In this document: positions 19,896-28,648 of the stretch, one piece after another
Position numbering within the stretch: the stretch's first letter is position 1
Layout of the letters: each line of letters opens with the position of its first letter
NCBI GenBank assembly: GCA_030428125.1
Contig: JAUIBF010000001.1
Span: 162,793 to 226,792, forward strand
DNA from: a bacterium
GTDB taxonomy: Bacteria; Patescibacteriota; Saccharimonadia; Saccharimonadales; SZUA-47
Reading direction: 5' to 3'
DNA length: 64,000 bases
Program-made: the position numbers and the translations under genes
Notes under the pieces: model-generated
Told to the model about the DNA's origin: nothing
Seen by the model: only the letters and a program-made list of their open reading frames with translations
Databases searched by the model: none

Positions 19896-21224
19896 TTACT
19901 TACTTGATACTTCTGCAATTTTGTTAAGTACTACCCTGGTTTCGTTATCTACTACACCCACAGTATTTCGTATAACTTGTATGGCCGATCTAGAAAAAAG
20001 AGCATCTATTAACCTTAGCTTACGTTGAAGTTCTAGTAACTCATCACAGCCTACGGTTCTGAATCCATCAGCTACCTGTGCTGCTTGTTCAACCCAGGAT
20101 TGTAGTTGCAGCAACATTTCATTTAGTCCGTCCTCACCGGATTCTCTAAATGTTTCTATCATTTTAGTAACTAACCCGAGACCGTCCGACGCGTTGTCTC
20201 CCAAGCCACTAAACTCATATACGACACCCGGAGTAACTGGAAATCGTCCCCCATTTTGAAGAACTTTTCCTAAGGTGTTTCCTTTTAATACTTTTCTGGC
20301 TACACCAGAGAACGGAATCCCAGAAAGTACGTCTGTAATAGGTGTAGTGTCTCGAGGCTCGTATACAACTTCGTCTTGTGGTGCATCCGGTACGACAATT
20401 CTAATAATACCTCTAGGTGCAGGTGTCTGTTCAGGCTCATCGCTTGGTAGCAATAATTCTTTTGGAACATTTCCTTTTTCTAAATCATGTACTCCCCTAA
20501 CAACATTAGCAAATGCGTCAGCAAGATTAATAACACCTATCCTCTCAGGGGCCTCCGTTGCCAGGACCCTGGTTATTAATGGTATTCCTCTCTGTAGCTT
20601 CTTCAGATCTGTTAATGAAAATGTATTGTTGATATTTTCTATTGGCTTATTGAATAAATAGGTGCCTAAATATCTTAGACTGTCTAACTGTGCTTCCGTT
20701 TCGACCGAGAAATTTCTAAATATGTAATCCAAGGCTCTTCTTTCGGAAAAACCACCCAGTTTGCTTGCATTACCTGTTGCTCGGAATAACCCAGAAACAC
20801 CAATCATTCCTGAATGTACAGCAGCCGTAGTTCTGTGTGATTCTATGTCGCCTTCTGTATCAGCGTCGTAGAATCCGTTATATACTTCTGTTTCTGGATC
20901 GTATGGGTCATCATGAATACCTAGTAACATTAGCTTGGTAAATGTTGATCCCATATCTGGAATTCTGAATACTTCATCAACTTCGCCAAGTAATCTAATC
21001 GCTTCAGCACGATTATCATTAAACATTGATACAACTCTATGCCCAGTGGGCCTCAATAAATCCCTTAATCCTTCAGCTTGTATGTCTGGATCGACAAACA
21101 TCTCCATATCATGAGAGAACTCAGCGAGCATATCTAGTTGATCTCTAGACCCATACGGTGGTATTTCTAGTTCTGCCGGTAAAGCCATAGCTACGAAATA
21201 TACGCCCAAATCTAATATTTGCAA
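19896..21224 (-). CDS. Hypothetical 442-aa protein, co-directional and immediately upstream of the pilin gene.
   Basis: Long ORF with typical composition and no recognisable motif. Confidence 0.55.
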   Translation of the reverse strand: MQILDLGVYFVAMALPAELEIPPYGSRDQLDMLAEFSHDMEMFVDPDIQAEGLRDLLRPTGHRVVSMFNDNRAEAIRLLGEVDEVFRIPDMGSTFTKLMLLGIHDDPYDPETEVYNGFYDADTEGDIESHRTTAAVHSGMIGVSGLFRATGNASKLGGFSERRALDYIFRNFSVETEAQLDSLRYLGTYLFNKPIENINNTFSLTDLKKLQRGIPLITRVLATEAPERIGVINLADAFANVVRGVHDLEKGNVPKELLLPSDEPEQTPAPRGIIRIVVPDAPQDEVVYEPRDTTPITDVLSGIPFSGVARKVLKGNTLGKVLQNGGRFPVTPGVVYEFSGLGDNASDGLGLVTKMIETFRESGEDGLNEMLLQLQSWVEQAAQVADGFRTVGCDELLELQRKLRLIDALFSRSAIQVIRNTVGVVDNETRVVLNKIAEVSSK

Positions 21225-21272
21225 GCGTTAGCAATTTTATTAGGTTGAATAATCAAGTAAAATTCATCTGAA

Positions 21273-21725
21273 ATGATTGATACTTCGAACCCGGTTGAAA
21301 GACTGGAGTGGAACATGCGTTATCTGGAAAGAAGAGGTGGTCACGATAATGATTTTAATCGTGCAATGACCAGCGTATTTAGTGAGTTTGAAACCTCTCC
21401 CTGTCTAAGTATTCCGTTTGATCATAGACCTATATATCCTGCAGGCTGGGGCTATGAACCACAATTGCCTCACGTGGCAAAAATACTGGGATGTGTTAAC
21501 GGGCTTAACAGGGATCTAGTAGTCCCATCACCGTTTAGTAGAGATTCACAAACACATAGATTGGTTGGGTTACAAAGAACTCCAACTAGTGAAATAGATG
21601 GCAATATTAAAGGTGCTAGACTTGACATTGGTGTTAAAGCTTCTGATGTAGTCTTTAGTATTTTTACCGACTGGTCAAGAATATACAACGACGGTCGCTT
21701 ATCTCAATTTATTGTTAGTAGGTAA
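21273..21725 (+). CDS. Hypothetical protein.
   Basis: ORF only. Confidence 0.4.
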   Translation: MIDTSNPVERLEWNMRYLERRGGHDNDFNRAMTSVFSEFETSPCLSIPFDHRPIYPAGWGYEPQLPHVAKILGCVNGLNRDLVVPSPFSRDSQTHRLVGLQRTPTSEIDGNIKGARLDIGVKASDVVFSIFTDWSRIYNDGRLSQFIVSR

Positions 21726-21744
21726 TTAATTTATAATCGACATC

Positions 21745-21900
21745 AATGAACGAAATAAAATGCTCAGAAAAAATGGTGTTTGACACTAAAAAAGAAGCAG
21801 AAGATTCCTTGGCTGTTGTTGAGTATCAGCGAGGAATAAAATTAAAAGCATATAAGTGTAAAGGGTGTAAGCTATGGCATCTAGCTAGCAGTTATAAGTA
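21745..21900 (+). CDS. Small (51 aa) Cys-containing, zinc-ribbon-like protein. Not in the ORF track.
   Basis: MNEIKCSEKMVFDTKKEAEDSLAVVEYQRGIKLKAYKCKGCKLWHLASSYK, with C6...C38-x2-C41-x3-H45. Confidence 0.3.
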
Positions 21901-21925
21901 AAAAATCCGACACGTCAAATTTATT

Positions 21926-22016
21926 TGGTGGCTCCTACCAGGACCACTAAATCCAAATCTATGTGCCGAGTACAATCGGGCATGAGACTTGGATGCGAAC
22001 TTGCAGTCCGAGCCAC
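21926..22016 (-). other. tRNA-like 91-nt element sharing the 5' and 3' termini of tRNA-Phe (GTGGCTC...AGGAGCCACCA) but with a non-canonical interior. Possibly a tRNA pseudogene or att remnant.
   Basis: Perfect 7-bp acceptor-like pairing GTGGCTC/GAGCCAC plus ACCA. There is an internal 7-bp stem CCAAGTC/GATTTGG. No canonical D, anticodon or T arms are present. Confidence 0.35.
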
Positions 22017-22068
22017 TGATAAGTAATCAGTCCACGAAAAAAGCCCAAGTAAACTTGGACTTCTTTCG

Positions 22069-22144
22069 TGGTGGCTCCTCCCAGACTCGAACTGGGGACA
22101 CAAGGCTCTTCAGGCCTCTGCTCTACCAACTGAGCTAAAGAGCC
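22069..22144 (-). tRNA. tRNA-Phe (anticodon GAA), CCA encoded.
   Basis: The reverse complement is GGCTCTT-TA-GCTC AGTTGGTA GAGC-A-GAGGC CTGAAGA GCCTT-GTGTC-CCCAG TTCGAGT CTGGG-AGGAGCC-A-CCA. Confidence 0.9.
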
Positions 22145-22249
22145 ACGCTAAGGTGTTATATTAGCAGAAAATTAGTTTTTTGAACAGTGGCAATATGCGT
22201 TTTGTCTGAGAATTTTTGTGAGCTACAATACTATCGAGTGTATGTGGGT

Positions 22250-23815
22250 ATGAAGAGAGTATTAAAAAGCATTCGCAAGTCAATAAAAAAAGCCACTCCG
22301 GTTCAGCGTGGGGTTATCTTTTCAGTGGCTTTTGCGTTGCTAGGCACGGCTTTGCTTTTAACCACCAGAGCAGCAATGGATGCGGCTCATTTTTTATTTG
22401 AGTCCGAATCATCACAACACAGTGGAGCAGTGGCAACAAAAGCTGATTCTAATGCGTCTAATGGCGTATATGTAGAATTTGGGTCGTCAAATCCAGTGGG
22501 TACTGCCACATCGGTTAATCAGTGGGGTATAACTTGGAATTTTGACAGAGCTTATCCAGTAGGCCAGTTTGCAAACGGTGACTGGTGGGTTGTGGGACCG
22601 GTAACTATCGTAAGCATAACACCATACTCTAGCAGTGGTCGTAGTGGAGTGGAGCTTAATCCGAGTAATTATGTGAACCAACCCTATGATAGTCGCATAG
22701 CTCACTACGATGATTCTCTGGTGTTTAATGTGCCGTCAGAAGTCTCGCCAGGTAGCTCGGTTGTAAAGTCAATAAGCAGACCGAATGATATACCGGTTTA
22801 TAGCGATGGTTGTCGACCCTGCCTAGAAACAGCCGCTGTTTTAACCGTAGTGGAATCGATTCCTCCAGACGGAGGTTCGACGGTATTTAGACCTCCTTAT
22901 TTCGGCACGGAGAAACCCTATTACAGTATTTATGATCTGAATATGGACCTCTTGCCTTCTCTCTCTCCGGTCGGCACGCCACCAACACTTGCAGAAACAG
23001 CTAATCGGTTTGCTAGAGTTCAGCTCGACCATCAAATTGGCTGGCAGTCTAGGGCGTTACATCCCGAGGACAACATGCCAGCCTACGGTGGTGATGTTGG
23101 TAGGGTAACCGGTGAGTCTGTGCTGAGGCTCATGCTCAGTGATAGCGAAGAAGATAAAATGGATGCCATCATTAAATATGTTCAAGGCGGTATCGACAGG
23201 TATCACATGATGAAAAACGGCACGTATTGGGAAGAAAACGGTGGCCATATGAACGGCCGTAAGATATCCGTTGTTTTTGCAGCTGTAATGTTGGAAAACG
23301 ACCAAATGAAAAGCGATATCATGAATGCGCCGGACAAAACTTTTAGTGAAGATCAGCAAATATACTTCAGCCAAGTAGCAAATAATGGTGAGGGGATGTC
23401 TCTTTGGGGGATACAGTGTGCTGAGTCTGTGTATTGGCAGAGGATTACCTCTGGTAGTGGTCCACGAACATGTGCCGACCCTTATGGACTAGTAGACGGT
23501 GGTGGCGCAGAAATTGGTGGCGCTTATCAGTATTGCTGTACTTCCAAAATGTTCAAGTCGCATGCTTTAGCGCAACATCTAATGCCAGAAATTAAAGAGG
23601 TTTGGGACCATTCACCTTTCCTAGATTATGTAGATCGATGGGTAAATCATGGTGTGTGGGCGGCACCAGATAATTGTGCGCTAACTCCACCTAGTAGTTA
23701 CAACGGAAACTGTGTACCCGGTTCTGGTAGGTGGACTGATCAGCATGGCGAGAAGGCAGACGAAGGGGGTTATGGGTCAGAGTTTGCAAATGCCATGTGG
23801 GCTGCTTATAGATAG
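22250..23815 (+). CDS. Secreted protein with an N-terminal signal anchor and a CBM6/35-like N-terminal motif. The first in-frame ATG was chosen; the ORF track starts at 22187.
   Basis: MKRVLKSIRK...VAFALLGTALLL signal. FESESS...SNASNGVYVEFGSS motif shared with the 32135 protein. Confidence 0.55.
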   Translation: MKRVLKSIRKSIKKATPVQRGVIFSVAFALLGTALLLTTRAAMDAAHFLFESESSQHSGAVATKADSNASNGVYVEFGSSNPVGTATSVNQWGITWNFDRAYPVGQFANGDWWVVGPVTIVSITPYSSSGRSGVELNPSNYVNQPYDSRIAHYDDSLVFNVPSEVSPGSSVVKSISRPNDIPVYSDGCRPCLETAAVLTVVESIPPDGGSTVFRPPYFGTEKPYYSIYDLNMDLLPSLSPVGTPPTLAETANRFARVQLDHQIGWQSRALHPEDNMPAYGGDVGRVTGESVLRLMLSDSEEDKMDAIIKYVQGGIDRYHMMKNGTYWEENGGHMNGRKISVVFAAVMLENDQMKSDIMNAPDKTFSEDQQIYFSQVANNGEGMSLWGIQCAESVYWQRITSGSGPRTCADPYGLVDGGGAEIGGAYQYCCTSKMFKSHALAQHLMPEIKEVWDHSPFLDYVDRWVNHGVWAAPDNCALTPPSSYNGNCVPGSGRWTDQHGEKADEGGYGSEFANAMWAAYR

Positions 23816-23861
23816 TTTTGCGATATGGCGCAAGGCATTGTCAGTTATCTGTAAGGCAATT

Positions 23862-24128
23862 TTATTTCAAGGATGCTAAGTCATCTAGGTCGTAGCTATT
23901 TCTAATAAAACTTTCAACCGATCCACCGCCTGTATCCAATAACCATTCGGTGTATCTTTCTGAAAATCTTATAAAACCGTTAATAATTACATCTGAAGCT
24001 GACGAGATGCTCAGAATATCAAAAGCTACGTCCTCTAATTATCTAGGGATAAGGCCTTCGTGATAGGAATCTTGCAATAATTCACGTACCGAATAATGTC
24101 CTTCTGCCCATCTGTCGTACTCGCCCAT
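23862..24128 (-). pseudogene. 89-codon minus-strand ORF interrupted by one in-frame TAA. Possible gene remnant.
   Basis: MGEYDRWAEGHYSVRELLQDSYHEGLIPR-TAA-LEDVAFDILS...DLASLK in a single frame within a 370-bp gap that is otherwise non-coding. Confidence 0.2.
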
Positions 24129-24221
24129 ATTTAACTAATTTTAAAACAATACTGCATGAAAGTAAAATGTGGATAAGCAGGCTCATTGGTAGTACACTTT
24201 TGGTGGAAGGTCAGACAAGAA

Positions 24222-25472
24222 ATGGTAAGTTTGCCAATAGAAGAAGTTTGGTTCAGAAAACTAATATCGTTTTCAATTTTAATTGGTTTTGTTGGTGGTG
24301 CATGTGCTCTGTTTTATACGGCCGTTACTGCCACACCGATAGATTGGATTTTTGGTCCACCGCTGAATGGGTTGTTGGCTGGTTCCTGGTGGTGGATTTT
24401 GATTACAGCAATCGGAGGGGCATTGGTGGTGTACTTCCGAAAGCGATGGAAGATACCCGACGATTTGCCAGGTGCAATAGAAATCGGCCAAAGAGCAATC
24501 ATTGACATAAAGGACGTGCCGAAACTTGTATTCATATCTGTGATTTCTTTGGTGTTTGGGGCTTCGTTAGGGCCTTCGTACGGAATAGTCACCCTAGGTG
24601 GAGGTTTCGGGTCGTATGTTTATCATCGACTAAAACTTCAATCCAGAAACAAAGATGTAGAAAAAGAATTTACAAGGACAGGCATGTCAAGTAGCTTGGG
24701 TTCAGTCTTCACAGATCCACTTTTAGGTACTTTATTTACGGTCGAATTGTCTCCGTCAAAAAAGAATCAACTTGCTTCCTCGTTACCTCAACTAATCGCC
24801 GCGAGTTTAGGGTTTTTGTTGTTCTATGGGGTGACGGGCACAACGATTCAGAAGCTGTACCTATTGCCCGAGTATGATTTTAATCAGGTGCACCTGCTAT
24901 TGGGTGCAGTGTTAGGAGTAACATCAGTTTTAGTTCTGATGCTCTTTGCGTTAATTGGGATTGTTGCGAAGAAATTGATGGCTTTACTTGGCAACGGATA
25001 TATAAAAGGAATAGTAGGTGGTGGCTTGGTGGGGCTATTATCCTTCGTTGTGCCGCTGACGTTTGGCTCAGGGAACAGTCAGCTAAACTTTGCTACAACA
25101 GAATTTGCAAGCTTTAGTACAGGGTTTCTGCTACTGGTTTTTGTAATCAAAATGTTTAGTATTTCCATAAGTCAAAGCAGTGGATTTTTAGGGGGGAATG
25201 TCTTCCCGACACTATTCATTGGTGGAATAAGTGGAATGTTTATTCATAGTCTGTTTCCCAGCATACCTCCAGCGCTAAGCGTTAGTGCAATGATGGCTGC
25301 AGTTCCTGGAGCGACACTGTCAACTCCTTTGAGTATTATCCTTGTAGCCATCTTAGGGGTAGGCGTAGGGACAAATCAAATACCGCCAGTAATTATTGCA
25401 GTCGTAGTTGCGCAACTTACATTGGTAGCTTTGAGATATCTAAAAAAGAGAAAGCAAATAATCAAAGCCTGA
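24222..25472 (+). CDS. Polytopic membrane protein, ClC chloride-channel-like. The start is inferred at an internal ATG.
   Basis: About 10 TM helices. GASLGPSYG, GFLLFYGVTG and GGNVFPTLFIGG resemble ClC GxEGP / GxFxP motifs. Confidence 0.45.
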   Translation: MVSLPIEEVWFRKLISFSILIGFVGGACALFYTAVTATPIDWIFGPPLNGLLAGSWWWILITAIGGALVVYFRKRWKIPDDLPGAIEIGQRAIIDIKDVPKLVFISVISLVFGASLGPSYGIVTLGGGFGSYVYHRLKLQSRNKDVEKEFTRTGMSSSLGSVFTDPLLGTLFTVELSPSKKNQLASSLPQLIAASLGFLLFYGVTGTTIQKLYLLPEYDFNQVHLLLGAVLGVTSVLVLMLFALIGIVAKKLMALLGNGYIKGIVGGGLVGLLSFVVPLTFGSGNSQLNFATTEFASFSTGFLLLVFVIKMFSISISQSSGFLGGNVFPTLFIGGISGMFIHSLFPSIPPALSVSAMMAAVPGATLSTPLSIILVAILGVGVGTNQIPPVIIAVVVAQLTLVALRYLKKRKQIIKA

Positions 25473-25524
25473 TAACATCTGTTGCAGAGTAACGCTGGTT
25501 TAAGATATAATTACCTACTGATAT

Positions 25525-25601
25525 GCGGGTGTAGCTCAGTTGTTTAGAGCGCATCCTTGCCAAGGATGAGGTCGAGAGTTAGAGTCTCTTCACCCGCACC
25601 A
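25525..25601 (+). tRNA. tRNA-Gly (anticodon GCC), CCA encoded. It is the integration target of the downstream island.
   Basis: GCGGGTG-TA-GCTC AGTTGTTTA GAGC-G-CATCC TTGCCAA GGATG-AGGTC-GAGAG TTAGAGT CTCTT-CACCCGC-A-CCA. Confidence 0.9.
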
Positions 25602-27238
25602 TCAACGAAATCATCGTCATTAACGAACCCATCCCAGGGTTCGTTTAGTTTATAAGTAACCTTTGACCCCTTATAAGTACCGTCTTGGACCGGCGTAATT
25701 GTGAAATTAGAGAAGAAAATTCTTAGCAATTCGTCCATTGCCTTCATGTCGCGAATTTTGCTAAGGATAACAGGGGTGAGTTTTAGAAGTTTGAGATAAT
25801 CTTCAAAAGTTGGGATTGCGTCATCAACCTGCTTTCTTAGCAGCTGAGCTTTTTTGTAATCCCTCTTAAGGTTAGTGATTTCTTTTTTGTTCTTGCCCAA
25901 ATCGTAGTGGTCTTTCATCTCAGGGCTTTCAAGTATTAGGTCTTTTATCTTCTGATACGAAGTCTCTTTATTCGCGAGAACTCGCTTAAGTCTTGCAATG
26001 TCACTGTCAAACTCAGCAGTCTTTCTTTTTGCCTCTTTCTTTGCGGATTTAAGGTAATACTGGTAGTTGCTCTTTGTTATGAAAAGATGCTGTCTGAAGA
26101 AGTGTTGAGCCTCGTCAATAACAAGACCAGCGCGAGCAGATTTATTCCGCATGACACAGTTTTCCGTTTCGCATTTGTAGTAATATCGCGCATGTAAAAC
26201 CTCGCCAGTTTCTTTGTCTCTCTTGGGTACTAGCATTGATGTAAGAGACTTTTTGCATTTACCGCAGTAGACCATGCCTCTCAGCAGGTCAGCTTGTATA
26301 TTGCCGCCCTTAGGTCTATTGATAGCAAGAATTTTTGCGTCTCTTAGGTCATCTATCTTATTAATCTGTAAAAATTCATCAACAGACACCACTGGTTCAA
26401 AGTTGTATGCATCAACTAGGTTAGTCAGATTTTTACCCCACTTATGAACTCCGGCATAATGTGGGTCGCGTAGCATCTTAGACACATCGTCTTTGTCCCA
26501 TACATGGCTCACATATTTGCCGCCAGGGAGCTTTTGGACCGTATATTCCTGCTTATTTATCCAAATGCGGATATCTTTCTGCGACTTGCCGCCAAGAGCC
26601 ATCTCAAACATGTGTTGTATCTTGGCAAAGTTAAGCGGATCAGGTCTAAAATAGCGTTTCTCGTCAACTACATAGCCGTGCTTAAACTTACCTATAAATT
26701 CAGCATCTTCAACAGCCCGTCTGTTGCCTCTATCTACCGACTCCGATAGGTGTTCTGAGTATTGTTTTGCCATGACAAAAGTAATGCCAAGTAGCATCTT
26801 GCCAGCAGGAGTGTTTTCAAAAGTGAAAGTTGCAAATCGCAAATCCTTTATAAGGCCTCTGTCTACTAGGTCTATAATTGCGCCAGCCTCTTTCATGTTG
26901 CGAGAGAGTCGGTCTGGATGCCATGCTATAACTCCCTCTATACGACCACTTTCAATTTCTTTTATTAGTGCATTAAACTCATCTCTAAGATCGGCTACTT
27001 TTGCCGAATAACTTTCTTGGTAAATCTTTACGACATTGAGGCTGTTTGGCGTGACAACCTTTTCCATGCACTCCTTCACCTGATCTTCTATAGATGAAGC
27101 CTGTCTATCCTCGCTAGTCGTAGACTTACGTGCATACAGAGCGTAGCGTATCAGCTCAGGATTAATCTCCCTAGGGTCTTTATCTTGTCCTGCCTGCAAC
27201 ATCTCCAGCAGTTGTTGGGTGCTTTTACTATCTGCCAT
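25544..27238 (-). CDS. Large serine recombinase (phage-type serine integrase). Its C-terminal 19 codons overlap the tRNA-Gly gene.
   Basis: Catalytic YALYARKSTTSEDRQASSIEDQ (Ser in RKST), DRLSRN, a recombinase domain, a zinc ribbon CGKCKK...YYYKCETENC and a coiled-coil tail. Confidence 0.85.
   Translation of the reverse strand: MADSKSTQQLLEMLQAGQDKDPREINPELIRYALYARKSTTSEDRQASSIEDQVKECMEKVVTPNSLNVVKIYQESYSAKVADLRDEFNALIKEIESGRIEGVIAWHPDRLSRNMKEAGAIIDLVDRGLIKDLRFATFTFENTPAGKMLLGITFVMAKQYSEHLSESVDRGNRRAVEDAEFIGKFKHGYVVDEKRYFRPDPLNFAKIQHMFEMALGGKSQKDIRIWINKQEYTVQKLPGGKYVSHVWDKDDVSKMLRDPHYAGVHKWGKNLTNLVDAYNFEPVVSVDEFLQINKIDDLRDAKILAINRPKGGNIQADLLRGMVYCGKCKKSLTSMLVPKRDKETGEVLHARYYYKCETENCVMRNKSARAGLVIDEAQHFFRQHLFITKSNYQYYLKSAKKEAKRKTAEFDSDIARLKRVLANKETSYQKIKDLILESPEMKDHYDLGKNKKEITNLKRDYKKAQLLRKQVDDAIPTFEDYLKLLKLTPVILSKIRDMKAMDELLRIFFSNFTITPVQDGTYKGSKVTYKLNEPWDGFVNDDDFVDGAGEETLTLDLILGKDAL
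25581..25599 (+). repeat. attL core, direct repeat copy 1 (inside tRNA-Gly).
   Basis: Identical to 32024-32042. Confidence 0.85.
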
Positions 27239-27638
27239 ATAAACAGTATATAAGTTTTAAAGCCCATAGTTAGAGCTAGATCAGGCTATTATCTTATAAG
27301 ATGATTTTTGTGCCATTTTTAACAAGGTAAGGTTTTGATTGCGCCTCGGACTCAGCATACACAGATAGGATACTGAGAAGCGCCACCACACCAAAATCAA
27401 GGTTATTCTGTAGAGAAACGGGCATCCCAACAACTCCTTGAAGTTTTCACTTCAGTTAGCCGCTCATAAGCCCGTTTTTTGCCGAGTCGTCCTCGTAATA
27501 CTTATTGATTTGGTTCTATGCGCCTTGCCCCAGTCTTTTTAGTGGGTCGTCTCCACGATGGCTGCTACATAAAACACGGAGTTTATTATTAAGGTACTTT
27601 CTAGTATCTTTTGTCAGTCCGGTATAGTCAAGCCAGCA

Positions 27639-28046
27639 CTATAGTCGCTTGGGTATAGTTAATACTATGTTTACTTCACCATCTTCAATTTCATACTCAC
27701 CCCAACAACTTACTGTTTTACCTGAATTAACTAAAGCCGCAATCTGTGTGGCAGTCGGCTTTCCCTCGTAGGCTACATAGCCCAGCCAATTCTTGCTAGT
27801 TGTTTCCGTGCTTGGATAGTTGTTTACGTTATAAAACTCGCCATTAGGCCAACCCTTACTGATTTGGAAGTTATTTTTGGGACTAAGCGAAAAACGAATT
27901 GGAGTATTTAATTCCAAGGAAGCTGATTGATTTTTTCTCCATACCTCCCCCTGAACATGAACCCTTATCGGACCTTTTGGAACTTCTACGGTTTCTTCGG
28001 CGGGTGCATCATCCTTACCGATTAATTTTTTTAGTTTAGATAACAT
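27639..28046 (-). CDS. Hypothetical protein, 136 aa from an internal ATG with RBS GAAGGGGAAAT. The ORF track extends to 28157.
   Basis: The ORF and RBS match the pattern used elsewhere in the window. No motif. Confidence 0.45.
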   Translation of the reverse strand: MLSKLKKLIGKDDAPAEETVEVPKGPIRVHVQGEVWRKNQSASLELNTPIRFSLSPKNNFQISKGWPNGEFYNVNNYPSTETTSKNWLGYVAYEGKPTATQIAALVNSGKTVSCWGEYEIEDGEVNIVLTIPKRL

Positions 28047-28376
28047 ACATTTCCCCTTCATTGGTTGATGAAGCGGGTCAATAAAAAAAAGGACAACCCG
28101 CAGGTTGTCTAAAACCAGTACCAGCTTACGCCGAATACTTTTACGCGAGTTGCCCATTTTTTGGCATAAACACGCAAAATGCGATATTTGATACTGGTTT
28201 TAGACTATTTCATTATACCAATCATCTTAGTTTTCAGTAGTTTTTGCTATTTGGTCAATAGACCCCCAAAAATTCGCCATTGCTATTTTTGCTCAGAAAA
28301 ACGCTTGTCAAAATCGGCCCCGAAAATTCGGCATTTATACAGCGGAGTCCCGGCAACAGGGGTGGAGGGCAACTTC

Positions 28377-28410
28377 CCCCCTAGTATTGGAAAATCCAAT
28401 ACTAGGGGAA
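28377..28410. promoter_or_regulatory. Perfect 13-bp inverted repeat ccctagtattgga-aaa-tccaatactaggg in the divergent intergenic region. Candidate operator.
   Basis: Palindrome read directly from the sequence. Nearby direct repeats aaaattcgccatt / aaaattcggcattt lie at 28269-28281 and 28323-28336. Confidence 0.4.
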
Positions 28411-28462
28411 ATTAAAACTCCTTATGCTATGGGTTTAGTGCTGCTAGGCGTAAAATTGAAGT

Positions 28463-28648
28463 ATGTCAGACATTGAAAAAGAAGTATTGCATAAATTTAA
28501 AACCGAACTTTCGGGGATTGATAAGATTTCCCAGCAATTGTCTGATGCGCTTTGCGTAGAACTTGAAAAAGACTCACCCAGCGTAGAGACGTTGATGAGC
28601 ATAATTCAGCTGAAAAAGGGGTTTATTTCCGATGATAAAGCTGGGTGA
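28463..28648 (+). CDS. Small 61-aa protein, translationally coupled (17-nt overlap) to the downstream ATPase gene.
   Basis: The ORF end overlaps the ATG of the 817-aa gene. Confidence 0.4.
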   Translation: MSDIEKEVLHKFKTELSGIDKISQQLSDALCVELEKDSPSVETLMSIIQLKKGFISDDKAG

